Source of the DNA: Lingula anatina
Lineage: Eukaryota; Animalia; Brachiopoda
Length of the DNA: 64,000 nt
Reading direction: 5' to 3'
NCBI GenBank assembly: GCA_051362555.1
Contig: CM120646.1
Location: 10,168,001-10,232,000, forward strand
The notes below the pieces were generated by a model that ran no database searches, was not told the origin of the DNA, and saw nothing but the letters and a program-made list of their open reading frames with translations. The position numbers and the translations under genes are program-made. Position 1 is the first letter of the stretch; every line of letters begins with the position of its first letter. Below are positions 38,118 to 49,861 of the stretch, piece after piece.

Positions 38118-38121
38118 TAAG

Positions 38122-38429
38122 CAGTGGCAGGTTTAAAGGAGTGTCAGGGGGGTCCTCCCCCCCCCCCCCCTTCGGTTTCTGAAAAATAAAACACAACAAT
38201 ACTCCTCTCTTGATATTAGAATTTTGACTAGCTTAATCATAGTTCTAGACCGTAGCAAATGGCACCGTTTGCCCTCTAAAATACCAAAAATTTTCGGTGC
38301 TCTTCAGCGGGCCTACATACCTACATGTCAAGGGGGCTGGAGTAGGGGGCGAGGGTCCGCTTCGCGGCCGAGGCCCGTCATTCCTAAAAAACAGAACCTA
38401 CCCTTCAAATAACCCTGGATCCGCCCCTG
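38122..38429 (+). mobile_element. MITE, same family as 26837-27081
   Basis: Termini CAGTGGCAGG ... GGATCCGCCCCTG and the shared internal core. Confidence 0.75.
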
Positions 38430-38611
38430 TATACCTACATGTCATTCTAGAGCAAAGGTCGCATAACGTTAATGGCAAAAATTACAAAAAAAAATATTGT
38501 TAGAAGCATGGATCACTTATGAACTGCAAAATAATCAAGCCTGCATTACTAAAACTATGCAAATGGAAAAAAAAAGGATCAGGTGCGAAAATGTTCACAC
38601 ATTTTCCACAA

Positions 38612-38752
38612 TGTAGTGAACCATTAATTGTACTGATAGTCTTCTATATTTGCATACATGAGATATTTAGTTAAGTTTTGATTATTCAAATGTAAATAGA
38701 CATGGCGTATGCAAATTTAGAGGACTATCAGTACAATTAATGATTCACTACA
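38612..38752. mobile_element. 141-bp foldback MITE with TGT...ACA ends and a 4-bp TSD (Ginger-like)
   Basis: 46-bp inverted arms with 3 mismatches; ACAA on both sides (38608-11, 38753-56). Confidence 0.75.
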
Positions 38753-40251
38753 ACAAGCACAGTGCGTTGAAATAGTATATTCGACTTTCTGTACGATTTT
38801 TACATTCATTCATTTACAATTTTCATTTTTATTGCTCTGTTTTATTTTCAATCATTGCTAGCTTGGCTATAAAATAGATCGAGTTAGATTTTTTAAGGGC
38901 AAACAATTTAGGATGGCAAAGCCCCGAAATTCTTTCGTTTTGCTTACGTCACAGGAATATGTACGTATCAGCCCGGGAGCCACCAGTGGCTAGGTGGCTT
39001 TTAACCAAACCGGAAGTTCTAGATTTTTGAATTGGGTAATAATTTTTTTAGATTTATAGGGTGTCAGAAACGGCAGATTATCTCGGCTATTAAGGGTATG
39101 AGTTTCGTTATGTATACTGTCATTTTATGCAATAAATTTCAAATCATGTGAGATGCTCCTCGAGTTGATCTAAAACCTATTTTGCGTACAAAAGGGAGTT
39201 TGAAATCGAAAATTTACTAAATCTATTAACGGAAGTCCAACTTTAACTACAATGCAATTTCAAATTACCAGCAAGTTCTTGCAAATTTATTCAGCTTTCT
39301 GTCAATGTAAGCATGTAAGGAACTTTACCTTCATCCAGGAATGGCACAAATCAATTCACAACGCAGAAAAAAAATGTACTTGCAATATCCGCGTTCCAGC
39401 CTCTTTTTTTTATTAAGTACATTCTAGTTCTAATCTAATCTCGTTTTGGATTTTTCTTCGCACAATATTGTCTATATAGAAAAATAAAGCTTGCACAGGA
39501 AGAATGGGAAAAATGAAAATATAAATATCTCATTTTTTTGGTAAATAAGCATTTATCTACATGTGTATTACATGAGGCCAACTGATGAGAGTTTCTTTTT
39601 ATGAAAAGGCAAATAAAAAACAAAACAAATGAGTATTTTTTATCAGTTGAGTTTATTTTAATTTTTCCTTTTGAGCAACTTTTGTAACATATGAAACATA
39701 TTGTCAACAGAAAATAATATTGTGACACCCAACAGGGATTAAAGCTATGCAAATATACATGCATACTTGTGGCAAAAAGTGTTATTTTTTATTTTCGCAA
39801 CACATCGATATGGTAATTTATATCATATTTTACACTTCTTGATAAGTACATATACAGTTAGCAACACACTTCTCACTTTCAGAAACAGGACCAATATTAA
39901 CAAAAATATAATTTTATAAATTTACCTTAAATCAGCAGTTTTTTTCTCACTGACACCCAGTTATTCCTGTACCAGTACATATTTGCATATGAATTAACTT
40001 TTGTTTTTATAAGTATACAAATTTTTTGTCTACAAGCCACGTAATGTATGCAAAAGCTTGCACATTTTAATCCAGTAATGCACTTTTTAATCCAGAAAAA
40101 AAACTTAACATACCCTATTTTTTGCACATTTTAATCCAGAAAAAAATTAATTTACCCTACTTGTGGTGCACGCTTCAAACCTAACGGTCAAATAATATGA
40201 CAAACTTGGTTATACTGATGATCAATAAATATTATAATTATTAGCATCAGC

Positions 40252-40383
40252 TACCCTGAGCTTCAGGGATAACTTGACACTAACCTCTTCACTATAGCCT
40301 ATCTTCATCTTTTTAAACTTGACACGATGAAGATAGGCTATAGTTAGGAGGTTAGTGTCAAGTTATCTCTGAAGCTCAGGGCG
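40252..40383. mobile_element. 132-bp near-perfect foldback MITE with an 8-bp TSD
   Basis: ~56-bp arms CCCTGAGCTTCAG...CTATCTTCATC / GATGAAGATAG...CTGAAGCTCAGGG; GCATCAGC direct repeat at 40244-51 and 40384-91. Confidence 0.8.
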
Positions 40384-41153
40384 GCATCAGCTAGCACAGC
40401 ACAAAAATATTTTTCATCCCTTAAAAGAATGATGATCAGAGGCTGTGATGGTTCTCACTGCCACACAGTATTTGGAAATGATAGGCTGGGGCAGATGCAG
40501 AGCTATTTACTGACAGTCTTCCAAATTATCTCTGTTGATTCATCCTCCAATTTTGACCAAAAAAATTAGATAGGCCCCCTACCCGTCAATGTAAACGACC
40601 TAAATCCGCCCCTGATAGGTGCTTCTGTCATAATAATTGCAGACCAAGGAATGGAAAAATGATTAATCCTGGTCCCATTCATGTTCTTCAAGCCTAGAAA
40701 AATATTAGATTAATATACTAAAAAGTTTTAAAAAGTAACATAACACTTTTCTAACTGCAAATATCTTTCCACACACAACACTATAAATAATAAAGCACTG
40801 TGCAGTCTTGGTAATAGGGAAGCTAGTAACAATCAAATTATCCAAAATACAGTATAAATAAAGCTCATCATCAGGAGCTGAACTGTGGCAAACATGCACA
40901 CCTTTAAATCAATTAAAATCCCATTGAAATCAAGCCCTAAAGATTTTAGGAAATACATAAAGTACTGGGGTACATGTCTACAAACCACAGTGTTCACAAC
41001 TATCATACACCAATTATTGTACTGGTGCATTTTAAATGCACAATATTTATTAATTAAAACAAAGGAGGAGTTTTACAAATATAAGGTTTTTATTTCATGA
41101 AACAATTTTCTTTCACAAACTAATAAGCCATGTGTTTGCAGGTGTTTGCAGTG

Positions 41154-41321
41154 CAGGGGCCGATTGAGGCTGTCTTCTGGGTCTTCCGGAAGACGGTCAG
41201 ATTTTCAAGTTTACATTGACGGGTCTCTAATTTTTTCGGTTGGAAGACGGTCAAAAGTGGAGGGTGGATCAATAAAGATAACTTGGAAGACTGTCAGAAA
41301 ATATCTCTGGATCCGCCCCTG
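41154..41321. mobile_element. MITE with CAGGGGC...GCCCCTG ends and a 5-bp TSD (partial inverted relative at ~40510-40614)
   Basis: CAGTG on both sides (41149-53, 41322-26); internal GGAAGAC repeats. Confidence 0.75.
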
Positions 41322-43606
41322 CAGTGTATTTGTGTGTGGCCATTTTGGAAGACGAATGTAACTTCAGTTCTCCTAGACAATAACCGACACTGCATAACAT
41401 TAATAATAAAACAACACAAACAACATATAAAGTGCATATAGCCTCCCGAGCTCATCTTTCCCTTACATAGGGATTTAACAGAATATCACAAACCAAGCAC
41501 TTCCGATCTCATTTCTCCCGTACATAGGAAATCACCAGAGACCACCTCCCAAACACCTCCTCCGAACTCATCTCTCCACTACACAAGTGCAAACTACCTC
41601 CCAAACAGCTCATATAAATCAATCATTAAATTAATGTATTAATAAACATAAATCGCACCCCCAAACACGCACCCATGTACACTGTACGCCTACACACTAA
41701 TACAACATACACTGTACTCATTTTGAAAAAAACTTTGAAAAAAATAAAAATAACCACTGCAGCAATAACCAATGTAGTTATAAAACAAAAAAGATTCACA
41801 TGTACTAATCAAATTAAAACAACAAAACCATAAACAAATTGAAAAATAAAAATTTACGTGTCAACTGGTCTGCACTAACTGGTCGAATGAACAACTATCG
41901 TAACTTACCCACTATCACAACTAACACAATATATACAGTGTCGCCCCCTAGGAGAAAATAATTCCATTCTTATTCACTTCGCTCAACCGAGTAGAATTAT
42001 ATTGAATACCCAGTGAAATCGATACATGAACATTCCTTTGGTGTATAAAATGTAACTTAAGCATATACTGTATTATCCTGTCGAATTTATTAGTATTTAA
42101 ATTAACTGGTCATTGTATAAACATATGTACATCTTACCTGTCTCTATGCCTTCACCCCCATTTTTCTTAGCGCTCTCCGCTCCTTTTTTGAAAACGAGGC
42201 CAAATCTAATATTTTCCCAAATAACCATCATATTAGCTGGTGGCTCCCGGGCTGTACTAAAAACTGCATTTCATTTAATACAAAAGAAAAATACTGTTTC
42301 CCTTCAGTGTTTAGGGTTTGTTCAAGAGAAATAAACTAAAACTCAACACAATGTTTCTAAACACTCGAATTACAAAAATTGCTCAACAGAAGACTGCACC
42401 TATATGGTGGTAAAAAATCAATCAATGTGATAGAATGCCATCTACATCTTCACTACAGTACCAATGTATGTTAAATAGTGCACATTGCCTTTTCTTACTT
42501 TACCCAGGAAATGACAAAGAAAACAGCCACCAATATGTTCCTTTCAATGATAACTATTCCAAGTTTATTCATTACTGCAAGTAAAAAAAAACAGAAAAGG
42601 CTATGTGAAATACTAAATATGCAATAAAAACAAACTTTATTATCAAGAAATATATTGGTCTATATAGGTATCACATCATTAAGTGAACTGTTCATATAAA
42701 TGTCACAGAGGCAAACTGCCCACATAAGATCACAAAAGAAATGAAGAGCTGTACACTGTGGCCATCAAAATCACGCAGCTTCATGTACACAGCTTCACAC
42801 TTAAGTACAGATTCACATTTAAGAGTACACGAAGAAAATTTTTATTTCAACCAAAACCAGGCTGCATGAAAACTACCAAGAGCTAATAATTAAGTTGGAT
42901 GTGTTTTTACAAATACATGTAGATAATCTGCATTTCACTGGAGGAATATAAACAGGAATTCAGGTATATCGCTTCTGGTACTGTCTGGTACCATGTATGA
43001 TTCAGATGAAGTAATGCCTTTAATAATTTTGTTCTCAGTTGAAAATACATACTACATATTAAATGTTAATTCTAAACCATTTGTAATTTTTTCACTGCAC
43101 TCTCTATTGACAGATTGCCTGCAGTTAAGTAAGGTCGAAAGGATAACACGTGGCTTTGTTTGCTGGCTAGACGGATGGTGCTGCTGTCAGGTAGACTGGG
43201 ATCACAATGGCTAGATCTCAACATACAGAGTGAAAATGAGAACAGGGGCAAAGGTGGCTGCTTGGGGGGGGGGGGGGATTCATCAGTTTGCTGTCTTCAG
43301 AACCAAGGGCGGTGGTAGATGCACTGGGATACTCTGCCACAGGTGTACTGGTAAGACATCCAGACATGAATCACTGAATGACAGGTCTATACCAGTTCTC
43401 TTGCTGCCTTGTAACCACTCCCTGAAAAATGCACAACAGGTAAAACTGATTTTAGTAAAATGTGAAACAAGCAAAAGGTTCAGGCCCATGAGAGTTCAAG
43501 TACACACTTTGAAAATGCCAGAATTAGAAAAATGAAAATATTTCAAAAATACTATGAATTTAATTAGAAAAAGATAGTCCTATAGAGCTGGTTTTCTAAT
43601 TTGAGC

Positions 43607-44188
43607 ATGGCAGGATAACCAGGACTGCCAGCACCATGCGCCATAGTGCATAAGATGCCGATTTACACACTTCAGATACATTGTACATGCTTCCCCATAG
43701 TGCCATTTTCATCGAGGGTAACTCCTAGATCTTTAACAGAACTAGATGATTTTACAAGAACATCTCCTATCCAAATGTTGGCGTTTGCTGCATTTTTCCT
43801 ATTTGTCTTGAACCTTGATGTAAACCACATCAACTCAGCCTTAGTATCATTTAAAGCAAACATGTTCACTTTTATCCAGGACCACCAAGACTACAAGAAC
43901 ATGGCAGGGCAACCGAGACTGCCAGAACATGGCAGGACAACCAAGACTGCCAAAATCATGGTAGACGACCGGGACTGCCTACGTCATGGCAGCACGACCA
44001 AGACTGCCAGTGTCATGGCAGGAGACTGCCAGAACATGGCTGGACAGCAGAGACTGTCATCAGAATTGCAGGACAGCCAGATCTGTCAGAACCTTGGCTG
44101 GACAACCAAGTCTGCCAGCTTCATGGCAGGACAACTGAGACTGTAAGCATCATGGCAGGACAATCGAGACTGCCAGCATCATGGCAGT
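43607..44188. repeat. ~29-bp minisatellite (CATGGCAGGACAACCAAGACTGCCAG..), about 12 units, interrupted by a LINE fragment
   Basis: One unit at ~43607-43638 and the rest at ~43877-44188. Confidence 0.88.
43645..43875 (-). mobile_element. CR1/L2-type LINE RT fragment
   Basis: ALNDTKAELMWF...VKDLGVTLDENGTMGKHV matches the CR1/L2 L.LN..KTE...VK.LGV..D..L...H region. Confidence 0.75.
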
Positions 44189-45480
44189 CTGAATCTTAAG
44201 CCTAGATCTTTCATGGAGCATATATCCCATTTCCTGGAAATGCAGTGGTTAGGAGTCCCTGAAATTAAAAGAAAAAAATCACATCAAAAAACAATTTGAT
44301 AAAGCATTATGTAGATTATTACAGCATCTTATTCTTGCATTTATATATAAAATGAAATATAAAAAATTATGAACATATTTAATGAACCACCACATTTTCT
44401 TCAGTAGCAGACTTTACAATAGCGTCATTCTCATTCTTTTAAACCCTAAACATATTGTTTTACGTCAACGTGCTTCTTAAGATTTATAAGTTAGATATGA
44501 AAAGAGCATGCGCTCGTATCACGGAAAGATTCACAGATGTATAAGTCTGTAAAAGAAAACATTTGGCAGATGGGCCAAATGTGCATAAGATTGACAGGAG
44601 CGAAAAATACATGTGCGTTATCTAGGCACGTTTTCAATGGCCAAGCCAGGGTTTTCTGTGGGAGGGGGGTTAAGGAAAATAAAAACAGAAGACGAGGAGA
44701 TATTAAAAGCATGATGTTCGTATGAGATTCACATTTCAGAATAAAAATGTTATAAACAACTCCTAGAAATATATAACAGCCTCAATTTTACCACCAAAAC
44801 AGTGGTTATCGTAATTATTCTGGAATCTGTGCTTGCCAACAAACCACGTGGCTGTTCATGCCTCCATAAGATTATTAGCAGATTATTACAAGAAAAAAAA
44901 CTTTTTAGAAAAAAAAAACTTGAACTAACTTTGAATGTAGTTAAACATTGGTTAATATAGGTATGGGAAAATAGTTGTTTTCCCCAGGTAAATACTTTCT
45001 TTTCCAAAACAACCAGTTGTTATCCCTTTAACAGTTATTTGTAGGGCATATTGATGAAAAAGTAGCTAGATCCTGCCTTGTTTCATTCCACTCGTGCACC
45101 CAGCCTGAGTCCGTCGTTTCCAGGAATGCAGTGCCATATTACAACATTTTATTGCTGAATACGCATTTGTATGTTTAAAGTTTATTTAAATAAACAGGAC
45201 ATATTTCATACTTTGAAAAAAGTCGCTGTCCTCTCCAATAAAACAAAACCCATAAAATGAATGTAGATACCTGCCCAATAGTTTTACACTGTTAAAGACG
45301 GATGTCTAGTTCATACCTTTTGGCAGCCAAAATAAGCCCCTCACTTCTTCATTGGCAAGTGCGTTTCCTCTCTAAAATAACAGAAAATGTATTATTCAAA
45401 CTTATAGTTGATTTCTAACTTCTAATGGAGAGTGTATTTGACGTTTTTACAATGATTCTACGGTCATAAGGACTAAAGCT

Positions 45481-47290
45481 AGGGGGGTCCTTTAATAACC
45501 TTTTCCCCCAAAACCATGTCAAAACCACCTAAAAAGATGCTTATACATCTTAAAAACAAACTACAAAAAACCAAATTAGTCTATCTCTATTATCAGAGCT
45601 GCTACTTGGGTTTTAGTATTTTGGAGAAAAATCGCTAAAAATACTTAAACTCTGTATTTTGTAAGATATGATGGTTTTTCATATCAATGTTTATGCTTAC
45701 ATTTTAACACAAATTTTATTGTGACTAACAATTCTGACATAAAGACGGACTAAATGCATATGAAAACTAAATTGAATGTTCTTACACCTAGTTAATGATT
45801 CAGAATAAGTTAAAAAAGACAGGAATTCAATAAGAATTCAATTCACTAAAAATTCAATGCTTTTTGGAAGCTTAAGTCAGTTAGCGTTATGGTTGATCTT
45901 TAGTTCTTTTTTTCCAGGAACTTTTTCAAGTTCATTCCAAACTGTTCTGGAGTTAACATCCTTCTCTTCCCCTCATCAGTATTGAATATCCTGAAGACAG
46001 GACTACATTTTGGCAGTGATGAGGATGTGTCTATAACGTAAGCTGTTTATTTGATATTTGGTGATCATTTCCATTTTCACCAATTTTTTTACCACCAAAC
46101 TTTCAAATACTAACAAAATATACGTCACAATGCAAACTATGTGAAAAATAATGGTATGGTGACTTAATATAAAATGGGACTTTTTCTTCATGGGAGTCCA
46201 AATACCATAGAAAATGGAGATTTTTTCAAGATTTTTTTTCATTTTTTTTACCCAATATTTTACAATCAAACTTTCTAATATTTCCAATATATTCTTAACA
46301 AAGTATACTTAAGGAAAGATGTTGAAATGATCATCAAATATCAAATAAATAGCTTTTTTCATAGGGGAGTCTCTGGGTTGTAGAAGTCATATACTCAAAT
46401 AAAATAAGATTTATAAAGGTTTGCAGGGGGGAGTCAAAATTTCAGGGGGGGGGGTCAGATTTTCATGTTACACCGGTATTCAGTAGAAACAGTTTTCCTT
46501 AATTTGCTAGTTTTTTTTAGCACAGTCCCTCAAGCTACAGCCTCTAGTTTTGGTTTCGTCCTCAATCTTTGAACGGTGTCACCACTCTGCCGTTCCATTT
46601 GAAGGTTGTGGACAGGGGTCTCATCTATGTTTTCACACTGATCAAACACAGGATATTTAACTGGATATTCACCAAATCCATAGTATTTTCCGCGTTGCAC
46701 AGCCAGAACCTTTGTCATTTCTGGTAATATCTTCTTTTTGTTATGGCATGAAACTAATTGACTATTCTGATATATTCCAATGCCAGAGCATCTCTTACAA
46801 GACAAGCTACATGTAGATGCCATCATTGTCTAGCTAGTTATTCAGTAATACAATATAGATACCCTAAAAAGATAAGGAAATCATGAGAAATCTAAAAGGA
46901 AAAATGTCATCAAAACTATTAATGATGAATTACCATGTTGATGTAATTGATATAAGGTGTCAATGCCGCCATGATTTTGAATATTTAGCTACCTTTCAAA
47001 TAAACTTTTTACACAAATTTCTTAAAAAATCAAATAAAAAACCCATTTATTTGGCTTTGGTGAGTTTGAAATAACTTGTCAGGCCTATATAACTTTCATT
47101 CATGTTGTAGAAAGACAGTCCTGAAACAGTAGAAAATCTTGAAAATCACCCTAAAATGCTAAAAATCGCGTTATCATAAAATGCAAGTAGCAGCTGAGTT
47201 ATCAATGATCTTTCAAAAAGAACATTTGAAATATTGATTTTAGGTGTGTAAGGAACTTTTTAGCTGGTTTTGACATATTTTTGGAAAGCG
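45481..47290. mobile_element. Degenerate TIR DNA transposon with a possible transposase remnant (46530-46826, minus)
   Basis: Long imperfect TIR: CCAAAACCATGTCAAAACCACCTAAAAAG versus the reverse complement of the right end CCAAAAATATGTCAAAACCAGCTAAAAAG. Absent from the paralogous intron at ~23565. The PVHNLQMERQSG motif is only weakly transposase-like. Confidence 0.6.
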
Positions 47291-47343
47291 CGTACTGCAT
47301 GATCTGGGCCAACGCCATCAACACAAAATACGCAACGTTATAA

Positions 47344-48920
47344 AGGGGTCATGCAGGTACTCCCCCGCACCGTTACTCCCTCGCACCGATACTTCCCCTT
47401 AGTAAATTTTTGCATTATGCACACCGATACGACTCCTCGCCAATAGATCCCTGCATCGATAAATCCCCTCTAAAATTGCCGTTATACGCGCACCGTTACT
47501 CCCCTGCATTGTTGTTTCCCCGCACCATTACTCCCCCCGCACTGATACTCCCCCGCATCATTACCCCCACCCCCCACCCCCCACCAGGCAATTTCCACGA
47601 AACTGAGGGTCTGGATAACAGAGAGTCAACCCTCCATTTAATTATACAGGTTAGGGTCAGTCTACGTAAGTGGGTCAAAATCTAGGGCGGGGCTTAATTA
47701 CCTATGCAAATTGATGGGAACTGGACTGTCTTTCATGGGGGAGTCTGTCACCTCACATCGATATTGTTTCACATATAGATTTGATAAATTGGTCAACGAG
47801 TCGGAAGCACGGCCTACACTGTATAAGAAATACTTTTTTCAAATGGAAAAACGCTTTGGATATTGGTGAGATATGTGGAAAAAATGGCCGCAGGGAAATC
47901 CTTGGTGATGATGTTTTTATGCTATTGCGCGGTACATACAAATCTTAATTGCTTAAAATTAGACATCAGTATTGTTCAAAAGAAGCCGCAAAGTTCCTAA
48001 AAAATCTTGGACGACAACACATTAGTCTCGGTCACAACCGGCCGCACGGGCTCTTACGACCCGTTTGAGTCCAATTTTTGCGGAGAATCTCATGTGCCAC
48101 GCAAATCCTTTATGCGAAATTTCGAGTTCGCACGTATGTAAGCACGTACGGAGGATGTTGAACATTTCCAACAGATTCTACGTCGCAAGCAATGAAGGAG
48201 AAAGTGCCCTTTGCGTGTTGAGTACGGCGCACGCCCTCACTTCTATAACGAAGTAAGTCGAAAACACGGCGGGACTGCGAGTATAAAAGGCGTGCTCACG
48301 ACGCATGCTCGTGTCTCTACAATTTCGTTGTGCAACAATTTTCAAAAAATTTGAATTTTGCTCAATTCAGATTCTAATATGCCTCCAAAAGACAAGGGAA
48401 AGAAGCTTTAAGAGCAGAAAAGAAGGTTGGAGGAAGAAGACAGAGAACGAAGCGCTTTAGCACTGCTTTTTTTGTTACTTAATAATTTAACGAATTCATC
48501 GTTGCCTGAAGAAATGACATTTTGCAAAAACATTTCTCAAAAATCACAAGGAAGAGCTGTAGGCCTACGTACTGTCAAGCTGCACACAAAGTCTGAGATT
48601 GACTTCGTGTAACGTTCTTTATTTTCCCCATTATATTTCGTATAAAATGTGTCAATTTTGGGTCCCAAGAGGGTGGTGCATCTTGAAAAAAAAGCATTTA
48701 TAGAAAGGGTTTTGAATCACGAATTGTGTTTACAAAGCCAAGGGAGTAGTGTTTTTGCGGAGTATCGGAACGCGGGAGTATCAGTGCGGGGGAGTATCGA
48801 TGCGGGGACGTAAAGAAGCGGGGGAGTATCGGTGCGGGGGAGTATTGGTGCGGGGATGTAAAGAAGCGGGGGAGTATCGGTGCAGGGGAGTATCGGTGCG
48901 GGGACGCATCATGTGGAAAG
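47344..48920. mobile_element. Non-autonomous element with inverted arrays of a 16-bp subterminal repeat; contains a Harbinger-like end fragment at ~48025
   Basis: TACTCCCCCGCACCGA repeats at the left (47356-47570) and TCGGTGCGGGGGAGTA repeats at the right (48757-48905); absent from the paralogous intron. Confidence 0.7.
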
Positions 48921-49861
48921 CATATATGCAACTTGATGTCATTTTTTGTGCTTAATTTTTGGCCGAGATGTGGCAGTTGTAGCAACGTACCCTAAATATC
49001 TGTCTTCTCCATCTTCTACTGACCTCTCTGAACACCCCTCACCTGAATTACATAATAATGCACAGAATACCCTGTGGGACTTAGAATCATAATTTAGACT
49101 GTGTGTTCATGCCTAGCTCCTTTACTAATTATGTGACAAATTTCTTTCCTTTGGCATTATTTAGTGGCTAAAAATCAAGTCGGGCAACTTAATTATGACT
49201 CATTTATAAAAATGGTGACTGAAAAAAAAAGGACAGACATGGGAGGGGCGGATCCATGATTATTTGAAGGGGGGGGGGGGGGGGACAACAGGCCTTGGAT
49301 GCGAAGCCGACCATCGCCCTCTTGGTGTAGGGTTCGGGGCCTGGTCAAGGGCCCCCAATTTTTTGTGTGTGTTTTGGAGAGCAAACAGTGTCCTTTGGTA
49401 CGGTTTAGAACTATATAATTTAGCTAGTCAAAATTCTAATTTCAAGATATATTTTTCAGAAACCGAAGGGACCCCCATGGACCCCCATGACCCCCCCCTT
49501 AACCCGCCAATGCATGCATTTGATATAAATGAGATAAATAGAAGATATTTAAAAAAAGTTTATTCATACCTAGGTGTATAGCTATCTGTGTGTAAATTTA
49601 TAAGTCTCTAGCTTAATTAGAAAAAAATATTGTGTGCAACCCACACTAACGCCGCGGTTGATACGCTGAAAACACTTTGTCAATGCGGTAAAGTAAGCCT
49701 ATATATAGTTTATAGGTGACACACGTACGTAGGGGTCTAAACATGTATAGAGCGAACTAATTATGACGTCATCATTTTTCCCGCGTGTCCTAGCGTCGCC
49801 ATATTGGTAGTCGGAAGCAACATAGCGGTAGCACCGGTCGATTTTCACTATTTGCTTTAAA

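Larger units (their letters stand above)
44480..49070 (-). ncRNA. Putative spliced non-coding locus, copy 2 (exons 49042-48991 and 45371-45271); intron expanded by two insertions
   Basis: Collinear homology with 22840-23810. Splice sites attcag|GTGAG, AGG|gtacgt, ttttag|AGAGG, CAG|gtatct. A possible further acceptor at ~44260. Confidence 0.4.

Noticed and set aside
36883-38120. Cluster of overlapping 65-135 aa ORFs
   Set aside because: They lie largely in the GC-rich repeats of a non-autonomous Harbinger element and show no domain similarity.
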